From contig CANNVE010000004.1 of assembly GCA_947525975.1 (NCBI GenBank), forward strand, positions 71,278-135,277: a stretch of 64,000 bases of DNA, given 5' to 3'. The position numbers were made by a program, and so were the translations under genes. Below, piece after piece: positions 37,049 to 45,686 of the stretch. This DNA is from an uncultured Muribaculaceae bacterium. GTDB taxonomy: Bacteria > Bacteroidota > Bacteroidia > Bacteroidales > Muribaculaceae. The number at the start of each line of letters is the position of its first letter. Positions within the stretch are counted from its first letter, which is position 1. Under the pieces are notes generated by a model. The model saw only the letters and a list, made by a program, of their open reading frames with translations, ran no database searches and was not told where the DNA came from.

Positions 37049-39217
37049 TTAAAGGTTTTTGTTGAAAAAGTCAAGCATTTTGGCGTACACCACGGCGCGG
37101 GCGTTGCAGCCGTTTATGCTATGGTTCATGTTGACAAACGGGAATACGTCGCAAAGACCGCCGGCGCTCTGCAAGGCCGACACAAACATCAGCGTATTGA
37201 CCGGGTGCACATTGTCGTCGGCTGTGCCGTACATCAGCAGCAGAGGGCATTGCAGCTGGCTTGCCCTGTCGAGCGGTGAGAGCTCGTAGCCGCGCTCATT
37301 CTGCTGGGGTGTGAGCATATAGCGCTCGGTGTAGACCGAGTCATAGAATCTCCATGAAGTCACGGGAGCCACCGACACTGCGGCGGCATAGGGGGCGCCC
37401 GGCACTGTCGATGCCATCAGAGCCTCAAAGCCTCCGTAGCTCCAGCCATAAATGCCTATCTTGGAGGCGTCGGCCCAAGGCTGGGCGGCAGCCCAGCGCG
37501 CAGCGTTGACCTGGTCGATGGTCTCGTAATATCCGAGCTGCTTATACACAACATCCTCAAACTGGCGTCCTCGGCCTCCGGTGCCGCGTCCGTCGACGCA
37601 TATCACGGCATAGCCCTGCATGGCGAAATACTGCTCCCAGTCAAGCGACCAGCGGTTGAGCACCGATTGAGAGCCCGGCCCGCTGTATTGGCTCATGATC
37701 ACCGGCCTCTTGCCGGGTTTTGAGGGGAGTATGTAGTAGCCGTTTAACACATTTCCGTCTGACTCCATGGTGAAGAAAACTTTCTTCGGCACAGACGCGT
37801 ATTTTGAGGCGTAGGCCTTGTTGTCCTCAAGCATGCGCACCTGCTTGCCATTGGCGCGGCACATGGCATACACGGGGGGCGTGTCGGCATCGCTGTAGCT
37901 CATGAGCGCGAACGACATATCGGCGGAGAAATCGGCCGATGATGTTCCTTTTTCTTTCGAAACGAGTTCGGTCTGTCCTTTCGGGCCGACGCTGTAGATG
38001 GTGCGGTCCATGGGCGTAGGCTTGGCGGCCTGATAGTAGATCACGCCTTTCGCGTCTACTCCGTAGAAGTCAGTGACGTCATACTCGCCCGAGGTGACTG
38101 TGCGCACCGGAGCGCCGGCGTAAGAGTATTTATATATGTGCCGATATCCCGATTTGTCGGAAAGCAGCATGAATCCATCGTTCAGATAAGTGATGTTTTC
38201 GTATGTGGTGGGATCGATCCACGCTTTCGAATCCTCGGCGTAGACGGATTTGGTGACTGTAGACTTGGGATTGACGCTGTAGAGCTCGAAATGGTTCTGA
38301 TCGCGGTTGAGCGTGGCCACCATCAGGCGTTCGGGCGAATGCCCGTATTCGATGCGTGGGATATACTCTATCTTTGAGTCAGGGAGGTCGATATCCTTGA
38401 TCTTTCGGGTCTCGATGTCGTAGGAGTGAAGCCTCACCACCGAATTTCTCTCACCCGCCACAGGATATTTGTATTGATAATAGCCGGGATAAAATTCATA
38501 TTGATCCATCGGATTGCATGTGCCCTGATATTGAGGCAAGGTGTAGAGAGGCACCTGCGACTCGTCATAGCTCAGATAGCATAGCGTGAGGTTGTCGGGC
38601 GCCCAAGCCATCGAGACATTGCACGAGAACTCCTCTTCGTACACCCAGTCGGGTATGCCGTTGATCCTGACGTTTCTTTCGCCGTCTTTTGTCACCTGCA
38701 CCTCCGAGCCGTAGTCATTCTTGCGCACGTATATGTTGTTGTCAGCCACAAAAGCCACCATTCTACCGTCGGGTGACATCAGCGGCGACTGCTGCTTTTC
38801 AAAGTTGGCGCTGAGCGGCTTGAGTATGCGGCTGTGAACCTCATACACGTAGTATTTCGCTTTGTATGATCTGCGGTATACTGGCTCAGTATCGTTGTAG
38901 ACAAGTATGTACCTCCCGTTGGCGCTCATTTCAAACCCGTCGATCGACCCGATCATGCTTTCGCGCGTCTGTCGCACATCAAACACTGTCTCAATCTCCT
39001 TGCCGGTGGCTATGTCATAGCGCACTATGGCCTTTCCGTCGTCAGAAAGCAGCAGGTATCCGTTGCCGTCGGGAGCGTATGTGAAGCTCGGCGGTGCGGC
39101 AGCCTTGTTTTGCGGATAGACGTATGGCGCGATGTCTCGCACTGTCGCGGTCACCTGGGCTGAAGCCGAGAATCCGAGCCCGAGGGCGAGGGCTAATGTC
39201 AGGTATTGTATCTTCAT
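37049..39217 (-). CDS. Dipeptidyl peptidase IV (S9B)
   Basis: Signal peptide; NGIPDWVYEEEF, YKYPVAG, catalytic GWSYGG, GTADDNVH, NHSI. Confidence 0.93.
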   Translation of the reverse strand: MKIQYLTLALALGLGFSASAQVTATVRDIAPYVYPQNKAAAPPSFTYAPDGNGYLLLSDDGKAIVRYDIATGKEIETVFDVRQTRESMIGSIDGFEMSANGRYILVYNDTEPVYRRSYKAKYYVYEVHSRILKPLSANFEKQQSPLMSPDGRMVAFVADNNIYVRKNDYGSEVQVTKDGERNVRINGIPDWVYEEEFSCNVSMAWAPDNLTLCYLSYDESQVPLYTLPQYQGTCNPMDQYEFYPGYYQYKYPVAGERNSVVRLHSYDIETRKIKDIDLPDSKIEYIPRIEYGHSPERLMVATLNRDQNHFELYSVNPKSTVTKSVYAEDSKAWIDPTTYENITYLNDGFMLLSDKSGYRHIYKYSYAGAPVRTVTSGEYDVTDFYGVDAKGVIYYQAAKPTPMDRTIYSVGPKGQTELVSKEKGTSSADFSADMSFALMSYSDADTPPVYAMCRANGKQVRMLEDNKAYASKYASVPKKVFFTMESDGNVLNGYYILPSKPGKRPVIMSQYSGPGSQSVLNRWSLDWEQYFAMQGYAVICVDGRGTGGRGRQFEDVVYKQLGYYETIDQVNAARWAAAQPWADASKIGIYGWSYGGFEALMASTVPGAPYAAAVSVAPVTSWRFYDSVYTERYMLTPQQNERGYELSPLDRASQLQCPLLLMYGTADDNVHPVNTLMFVSALQSAGGLCDVFPFVNMNHSINGCNARAVVYAKMLDFFNKNL

Positions 39218-39249
39218 TTGAGTTTCTATGTATTTGCGTTATTTCTTGT

Positions 39250-39257
39250 CAAAAATA
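39250..39257 (-). promoter_or_regulatory. -7 promoter box for dppIV-membrane protein-miaA
   Basis: Minus strand TATTTTTG ~33 nt upstream of the ATG. Confidence 0.55.
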
Positions 39258-39289
39258 ATAAATCAGGCACCGGTGTGGGCTTAAGGCCT

Positions 39290-40711
39290 TCAGTCAAACA
39301 ACGACGGATGGTCTTCGGTTTCCGGGCGCGGCTTTATTTTAGGCGGCTGATAGCCGAAATCAGCCGGGTCTTCGACTCTCATCGAAGAATCAGCGGGAGG
39401 AGTTGACACCAGCCAATCGGCATCGGCCAGCGGATGCGGAGCCGGATCGGAAAAGTCAATGTCGATCTGGCGCGTCTTGTGGTTTACCTCTGCATCGAGC
39501 TCATCAATGCGGTCGTTAAGCTCTTTCTGCACCCTGGCATGCTCGATGAGATTTTCGCGTATGGTGTCGCGCAAGGATTCATTCTCTGACTGCGAAGCCT
39601 GCAGCGAGGCTTTCAGCTTTTCGACGCGGGAATCCATTTTCAGCTTCACCTGCTCGAAAAGCTCTATCTGCTTCTGTATCTCGGCCATCTCCTGCTGTGT
39701 CTCCTCATCGTCGGCCAGCTGGTTTTTGAGATCGTCGACTGTGTCTTCAAGCTCTTTTATCTTGCTTTCCTTCTCTTCTGCCTCAGATTTAAGCATTTCA
39801 CACATGAATTCCTTCTCTTCAGCCAATTTTTTCGCGTCTTCAAGTTTGGCTTCAATCAATTCCACTTCGGCAGCTTTCTCTTCGAGCTGCTTCTTTAGCG
39901 CCGAGACGCCGGCGGTGGCCTCTGCGGCCTTGGCCTGGAGCTCATTGAGCATCGCGTCGCCTACTTCGTCCTTCACTTTGGCGCCCTGCGAAAGATTCTC
40001 AATTTTCTCGCGCATGCCCGCTGCTTCAGCCTCAAGAACGGCTATCTTCGCATTGGCGGCCTCAAGGGCTTCAGACGCAGCATTGCCGGCATCGGGCTGG
40101 CCCATGCGCGACCGCAGATCCTCGATCTCGGCCTCGAGCACCGCGCTGGCCTTGGCCTTGTTGAGCATGCACTTGTTTTCTATCTCAAACTGCTCCTTTT
40201 CGGCCTCGAGCTTCATCACTTGCTCCTCAAGGTCGCGCACGCGCTCCGAGAGCGCGCGCCTCTGCCTCTCGGCGCTGAGCTGCTTGTCTTTGATGTCGCT
40301 CTTCGCGCTCTCCAGATCGGCGGCTTTCTTTTTGAGAGAAGCGGCCTCAGCCACAAGCCTTTCGTGTTCGGCCTGCCATGACGCTTTCGCGTTCAGGTCT
40401 GCGGCACGGGTTAGGCTTTCGAGATATTCGCACATCGAAGCGTCGAGAGCATCATACAGGCAGCGCCTCTGCTTCTCGGGGTCGACGCTGCGCTGAAGGA
40501 AATCGGGCAGAGCCGTGTTGAATACACCCACCACGCGCTCAAAAATCGCGTCAACCCTCTCCTTGTCTGTCGACAATGGTTGGGCTGCCGCAGCCGGCGC
40601 CGGCTGCGGCTCGGCTGCCGACGCGTCGCCGGCCAATTTAGGGGTGTCTTCCAATACCTCGTCAGAGTCACCGATACCGAATATATTTGCAAGTTTTCCG
40701 AAGAAACCCAT
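39290..40711 (-). CDS. Long coiled-coil hypothetical protein
   Basis: E/K/A/L-rich heptad pattern over ~300 aa; N-terminal MGFFGKLANIFG. Confidence 0.8.
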   Translation of the reverse strand: MGFFGKLANIFGIGDSDEVLEDTPKLAGDASAAEPQPAPAAAAQPLSTDKERVDAIFERVVGVFNTALPDFLQRSVDPEKQRRCLYDALDASMCEYLESLTRAADLNAKASWQAEHERLVAEAASLKKKAADLESAKSDIKDKQLSAERQRRALSERVRDLEEQVMKLEAEKEQFEIENKCMLNKAKASAVLEAEIEDLRSRMGQPDAGNAASEALEAANAKIAVLEAEAAGMREKIENLSQGAKVKDEVGDAMLNELQAKAAEATAGVSALKKQLEEKAAEVELIEAKLEDAKKLAEEKEFMCEMLKSEAEEKESKIKELEDTVDDLKNQLADDEETQQEMAEIQKQIELFEQVKLKMDSRVEKLKASLQASQSENESLRDTIRENLIEHARVQKELNDRIDELDAEVNHKTRQIDIDFSDPAPHPLADADWLVSTPPADSSMRVEDPADFGYQPPKIKPRPETEDHPSLFD

Positions 40712-40726
40712 TTATTTGAAATATGT

Positions 40727-43723
40727 TTAAATGATTTGATTATTGTTTGTCTTGTTAGGCTTGAGCACCACGCCCTTTCCGAGCTTGCCGTTTATGGCTA
40801 TCCGCAACGGCTCGTCGAGTCGGACTATGCGCAGTCGGTCATCCTCCCACTCAGCCGGCAACGAATCGAGGAAATCCGTGTCGCAAACGCCCTTGCCCAC
40901 CGACGGATTCACGGTGAAGTACCCCACCCCAAATGAGGTGAGGTTCTGGAAGAAGTGGGTGCCTTGGCTTGGCTCGATGTTGTAGTTCGACAGCGAGCAT
41001 TCCACTATGAGTCGCGCCGACGAAATCGAAGCCCACTTCACGGGGATGCCGAGCGACGAATCGCTTGAGCCCCATCTGCCCGGGCCTATCAATATGCAGT
41101 TGCGCCCTTCCGCCACAAACCGGGCGTTGATCTTAGCGATGCGTTCGGCCACTTCAGGGTTGCGCATGAAGTCGAAATTATCGGGCTTTACGTATACTAT
41201 GGTGTCTACGTTGTCGATGTTTCCATGCCCGAGGGCATTGTCGCATTTCAGTATCGCATCGTCGTCAGCCACATCAAGGATATCGTCGTCTACCATGTCG
41301 CGCTTGTCTATGATAGGCCTTATCTGCAGCCAATACACATTGCCCTTGAGCTGCCTGTCGGCTGAGGGCGGCTGAGGGGCCACGAGCCCGGCGAATTCGA
41401 TCTCAATGGGCCTGTTCATGGCCGCCTGCCCCAATGTGAGCATATAGTCAACTGCCTCCGCAAGAGGGAAAGCCTTGTCGCGCAGCATATTGGCGAAGGT
41501 GATTACCCGGCGCCCCCTTCCGCAGTCATTGTCAATGATCATCTCTGAATACGGGTCATAGGTCGACGCGACGTGCCTGAGCGCGCCTGTTCCGGCGAAT
41601 TCCTGCACATTTTTCTTGACGATGTTGAATCCGTCGTCGACCTTCACCTCGTCTACCTCAATCTTCTGCGGAGCCAAGGCAAGCAGATGGGTCTGGGTAT
41701 CGCGCAGGGCAAGGTCGAGAGTTGATGTCTGGAGCACATTGCCGGGGTGGCGGGGAGAGAATCTAAGGCTGCGCCCACCGTCAACTATGTATTTGCCGAG
41801 GCCGGCGGCCACCTGCGCCACTCCCTCCTCGGGCTCCTCATCGTTGATGGGATAATAATTGAGCGAGCGCCCGACTCCGGAAAAAGACGGGAAGTAGAAG
41901 TCTCCGTGGTATTCACCCACCACTTCCTGTATGATCACGGCCATCTTTTCCTGATCGATCACGTTTGATGTCGCGGTCATGTAAGCCTTTGACTCGGCGA
42001 AGAACACCGACGCATACACGGCCTTGATGGCATTGCACATCATCATCAGCATCTGGTCGTGATCCTCTACATTGGGTATCATGTATGTGGAGTAGACTCC
42101 GGCGAAAGGCTGATAGTGGGAGTCCTCGAGAAGGCTCGAGCTGCGTATGGCCAAAGGCCTGTCGACCACCTCCTTCAGCGCCAGGAGATCCTCACGAATG
42201 TATTCAGGCAGGCGCGCCTCGAGAAATCGGTGCAGTATCTCTTCGTCGGAGGCATTGCTCAGCGCCATCGGATAGAGATTGTTGGCGGCCATGAATTCAT
42301 CGAATATGTCGGTGCACAGCACCACAGTGCGGGGTATGCTGATGGTGACGCCATCGAAGTTGTCGCACTTGGGATTCTTTTTTATTATCGAATCTATGAA
42401 TGCAAGGCCGCGTCCTTTGCCTCCGAGGGAGCCGTCGCCGATGCGGGCGAAATTTGAATAATGGTCAAATCTGTCTTTGCGGAATACGGCCACCACTCCC
42501 CTGTTCTTCATTTTGCGGTATTTGACTATCAGATCGAAGATCAGACGCTTTGTCTCGGCCATCCTGTCGGGAGTACTGCGCCGCATCCTCAGCACCTCGG
42601 CTATCGGGAATAGAGCGCGCGAGGAGAGCCAGCGCGATATGTCGTTGCGCGAGGCGTGGTAATAGAGCGATTCGTCGGGGATGTCAAACACATTTTTCTG
42701 CAGATCCTTAAGCGTGGCCAGGCGCATTATCTCCATGCCAGTGTGAGGATTGCGGATGACAAAGTCTCCGAAGCCGAAATTTTCGGCGATGGCCTGCCCG
42801 AGGTCTACGGGCAGCTTCTTCGAATTCTTGTCAATGAATATATCTGTGAGCCCTCCGAGCTTCTCCGCGTTTGAGGCCTCTGATGACTCCATTATTATCG
42901 GTATGTAGGGGTCTCGCTGACGTATATAGCCGGCGAGCCTGATGCCGGCCTCCTGGTCCTTCTTGCCCTCGCGGTTGAACGACACGTCGCTGATCACGCC
43001 GAGCATGTTCTTCCCGTATTTTTCGTATAGGCTTACAGCCTCTTCGTAATCGCGGGCGAGAATCACCTTGGGGCGCCCACGCATGCGCAGCATCTGCTCA
43101 TGCGCGTTGAGAGCCTCGGTGCTGAACACCATCGACTGCTTGAGCAAGAACCGGTAGATCGACGGGAGCACCGATGAGTAGAACCTCACCGAGTCCTCCA
43201 CAAGCAATATGGCCTGCACGCCCACGCCGAGCACATCGGCCTCTGCGTTGGCCTTGTCTTCGAGAAGCTTGAGGATGGCCAGCAGCAGGTCTACATTGCC
43301 GAGCCAGCTGAAGACGAAGTCTATGTTCGACAGATCCTGGTTGGCGAGCCGTCGCGACACTTCCTTGGAGAAGGGGGTGAGCACCACGAATGGCACATCG
43401 GGATAGGCGGCCTTGATCGATGCGGCGCCATCAAACGTCTCAGATATGTCGACGCCCGGCATCGCTATCACAAGGTCGAAACTCTTCTGCGACATCACGT
43501 CAAGAGCCTCCGACACATGCGACACCCTCTGCACTCGCGGCGGAGAGCTCAGATTGAGCGATACATACTCGAAATATAGCTGCTCCTCGACTCGTCCGTC
43601 CTCCTCCATCATGAACGCGTCATAGCGCGACGCTATCAGCAGCACATTGAATATGCGCTTCTGCATCAGGTCCTGAAAGGCGGTCTCCTTGAGGTATAAT
43701 TGGCTTATCGCTGATTCGTTCAT
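40727..43723 (-). CDS. PEP/pyruvate-binding (PPDK_N) domain protein with N-terminal receiver-like domains
   Basis: ILLVEDSVRFYS receiver-like segment; GSLGGKGRGL, AIRSSSLLEDSHYQPFAGVY, LQIRP, GPGRWGS, PSQGTHFFQN. Confidence 0.88.
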   Translation of the reverse strand: MNESAISQLYLKETAFQDLMQKRIFNVLLIASRYDAFMMEEDGRVEEQLYFEYVSLNLSSPPRVQRVSHVSEALDVMSQKSFDLVIAMPGVDISETFDGAASIKAAYPDVPFVVLTPFSKEVSRRLANQDLSNIDFVFSWLGNVDLLLAILKLLEDKANAEADVLGVGVQAILLVEDSVRFYSSVLPSIYRFLLKQSMVFSTEALNAHEQMLRMRGRPKVILARDYEEAVSLYEKYGKNMLGVISDVSFNREGKKDQEAGIRLAGYIRQRDPYIPIIMESSEASNAEKLGGLTDIFIDKNSKKLPVDLGQAIAENFGFGDFVIRNPHTGMEIMRLATLKDLQKNVFDIPDESLYYHASRNDISRWLSSRALFPIAEVLRMRRSTPDRMAETKRLIFDLIVKYRKMKNRGVVAVFRKDRFDHYSNFARIGDGSLGGKGRGLAFIDSIIKKNPKCDNFDGVTISIPRTVVLCTDIFDEFMAANNLYPMALSNASDEEILHRFLEARLPEYIREDLLALKEVVDRPLAIRSSSLLEDSHYQPFAGVYSTYMIPNVEDHDQMLMMMCNAIKAVYASVFFAESKAYMTATSNVIDQEKMAVIIQEVVGEYHGDFYFPSFSGVGRSLNYYPINDEEPEEGVAQVAAGLGKYIVDGGRSLRFSPRHPGNVLQTSTLDLALRDTQTHLLALAPQKIEVDEVKVDDGFNIVKKNVQEFAGTGALRHVASTYDPYSEMIIDNDCGRGRRVITFANMLRDKAFPLAEAVDYMLTLGQAAMNRPIEIEFAGLVAPQPPSADRQLKGNVYWLQIRPIIDKRDMVDDDILDVADDDAILKCDNALGHGNIDNVDTIVYVKPDNFDFMRNPEVAERIAKINARFVAEGRNCILIGPGRWGSSDSSLGIPVKWASISSARLIVECSLSNYNIEPSQGTHFFQNLTSFGVGYFTVNPSVGKGVCDTDFLDSLPAEWEDDRLRIVRLDEPLRIAINGKLGKGVVLKPNKTNNNQII

Positions 43724-43746
43724 CCGGTCTGCTTTATATCAAAGTG

Positions 43747-43815
43747 CAAATTTAATAATTTTTTCAAACAAAGGATGCGGAAATTTGACGATATTCAAAA
43801 AAAAGGATAATTTTG
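43747..43815. promoter_or_regulatory. Divergent -7 promoter boxes
   Basis: TAAATTTG on the minus strand at 43754-43747; TAATTTTG on the plus strand at 43808-43815. Confidence 0.6.
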
Positions 43816-43844
43816 TAGCCGCATTTGATTAATTACCGTTGACT

Positions 43845-45686
43845 ATGGATATCGACGACATCTCTAAAGTGAAATTGGTGGTCTGGGACCTTGACGACAC
43901 TTTCTGGAAGGGGACTCTATCTGAGGGGCCTGTGACGCTCATTGACAAGAATGTTGAGGCTATCAAGTATCTTGTGGATCACGGCGTGATGAATTCAATC
44001 GTGTCGAAAAACAACTTTGATGACGCCAGGCGCGAACTCCAAAAGCATGGCCTCTGGGAGTATTTCGTCTTCCCTTCGATCGACTGGAGTCCCAAAGGGG
44101 CGCGCATTAAAGGCGTAATCGAAAACATGGCGTTGCGCCCCGACAATGTCCTCTTCATCGACGACAACGCCATGAATCTGCGCGAGGCCTCATACATTTT
44201 GCCGCGCATCATGACCCTTGACGCCGCCAAACTGCCCGAACTGTGGGGCGCTTTAGGAAAAATCACCAAAACGGATCCGTCGAGAAAAAGGCTGAAGCAA
44301 TACCGCATACTCGAGACCAAATGCGAGGCCAAAAGCCAATCAGGATCCATCGACGATTTTCTGCGCGAAAGCGGCATTTCAGCGGTGATACGCCGTCCGG
44401 AAGAGAGCGAACTGGAAAGAATACACGAGATGGTGATGCGCACCAACCAGCTCAACTTCACTAAAGACCGATGCTCGATAGAGGAGTTCGCAGGCCAATA
44501 CGCGTCGCCTGACTTCGATATGGGCATCGTCGAGGTCTCTGACAAATACGGCGATTACGGCATCGTAGGCTTCTATTCCGTCGACAAGCGCACCCGCAGC
44601 CTGCGCCATTTCCTATTCTCATGCCGCACCCTCGGCATGGGCATTGAGCAATACACATACCAGCAGATCGGCTTCCCGGCTCTCACCGTCGTTGGCGAGG
44701 TCGCCAATTCCGTGGAGGCAAAGTATATCGTTGACTGGATCAATGTCACGCCGGCCGAGGCCCGGAAGTCAGAAAAACCGACGACAGCCGCCCGCAAACT
44801 TAAGGTCCTGGTCAAAGGGCCTTGCGACATGGCCGGCACCATAGATTTTCTTGACGCCGGCGGCATAGAGCTTTCTGACGAATTCAACTATGTCAATGAC
44901 CACGGGGTTTCAATCACCGGATTCAACCATACGGCCAATATGCTTCAGGGCATCGGCGCTCCTGACTCTGACATCGACTCGCTCGTGGCACAGGTGCCCG
45001 TCATAGACCGGGGCACTTTCCGCACCCGGCTATTCGACGGCTGCTGGGACGTAGTGTTCATGAGCCTCCTTCCCGATTGTCATGAAGGCGTGTATGAGCG
45101 CAAGGCTGACGGCATGAGATTCACTTTCAGCTCCTTCAACTTCGATTTTACCGATCCGGCAAATGCCGAGGCCATATTGTCGGGACATATCAATTCGCAC
45201 AACTACAGATTCAGCGCCGAAGACCTCGAGCGCCTGCGCCGCGATTTCACCTTCAAAGGGCACTTGCCGGCGGCAGAGATTGCCGACAATGTGGAGTCGA
45301 TCATCCGCAGGCTGCCTGAGTCTACCACCCTTGTGCTCATGCTCGGAAACACCAAGGGCGACCCTTCTGACGCTTCGCCGGAATTCAAGGGACAAGTCAC
45401 GGTCAACAAGCAGGTCAACGACGTGATCAAGGCTCGTCTGGACGGAAATCCGAGGGTAAGAATCATTGATTACACTGACATGGTCGAGACCGACGACGAT
45501 GTCAAGGATGCAAACCACCTCTCGAGGCGGGCCAGATACCGCCTGGCGCAGGCCATGGACGCCACTCTGCGCTCAATAGCCGGATCGACATCATCAGCCC
45601 CATCCAATACGCCGTATCTCCTGGCCTTGGCCAAGCGCACAGTCAAGAGGATGGCGCGACTGATCAATCGCAGGCGAAAGCCCTGA
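43845..45686 (+). CDS. FkbH-like HAD-IIIC protein (HAD + GNAT-like + SGNH-like C-terminus)
   Basis: VVWDLDDTFWKG, SIVSKN, LFIDDN, RTNQLNFT, DKYGDYGIVG, SCRTLGMGIE; C-terminal DANH. Confidence 0.85.
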   Translation: MDIDDISKVKLVVWDLDDTFWKGTLSEGPVTLIDKNVEAIKYLVDHGVMNSIVSKNNFDDARRELQKHGLWEYFVFPSIDWSPKGARIKGVIENMALRPDNVLFIDDNAMNLREASYILPRIMTLDAAKLPELWGALGKITKTDPSRKRLKQYRILETKCEAKSQSGSIDDFLRESGISAVIRRPEESELERIHEMVMRTNQLNFTKDRCSIEEFAGQYASPDFDMGIVEVSDKYGDYGIVGFYSVDKRTRSLRHFLFSCRTLGMGIEQYTYQQIGFPALTVVGEVANSVEAKYIVDWINVTPAEARKSEKPTTAARKLKVLVKGPCDMAGTIDFLDAGGIELSDEFNYVNDHGVSITGFNHTANMLQGIGAPDSDIDSLVAQVPVIDRGTFRTRLFDGCWDVVFMSLLPDCHEGVYERKADGMRFTFSSFNFDFTDPANAEAILSGHINSHNYRFSAEDLERLRRDFTFKGHLPAAEIADNVESIIRRLPESTTLVLMLGNTKGDPSDASPEFKGQVTVNKQVNDVIKARLDGNPRVRIIDYTDMVETDDDVKDANHLSRRARYRLAQAMDATLRSIAGSTSSAPSNTPYLLALAKRTVKRMARLINRRRKP

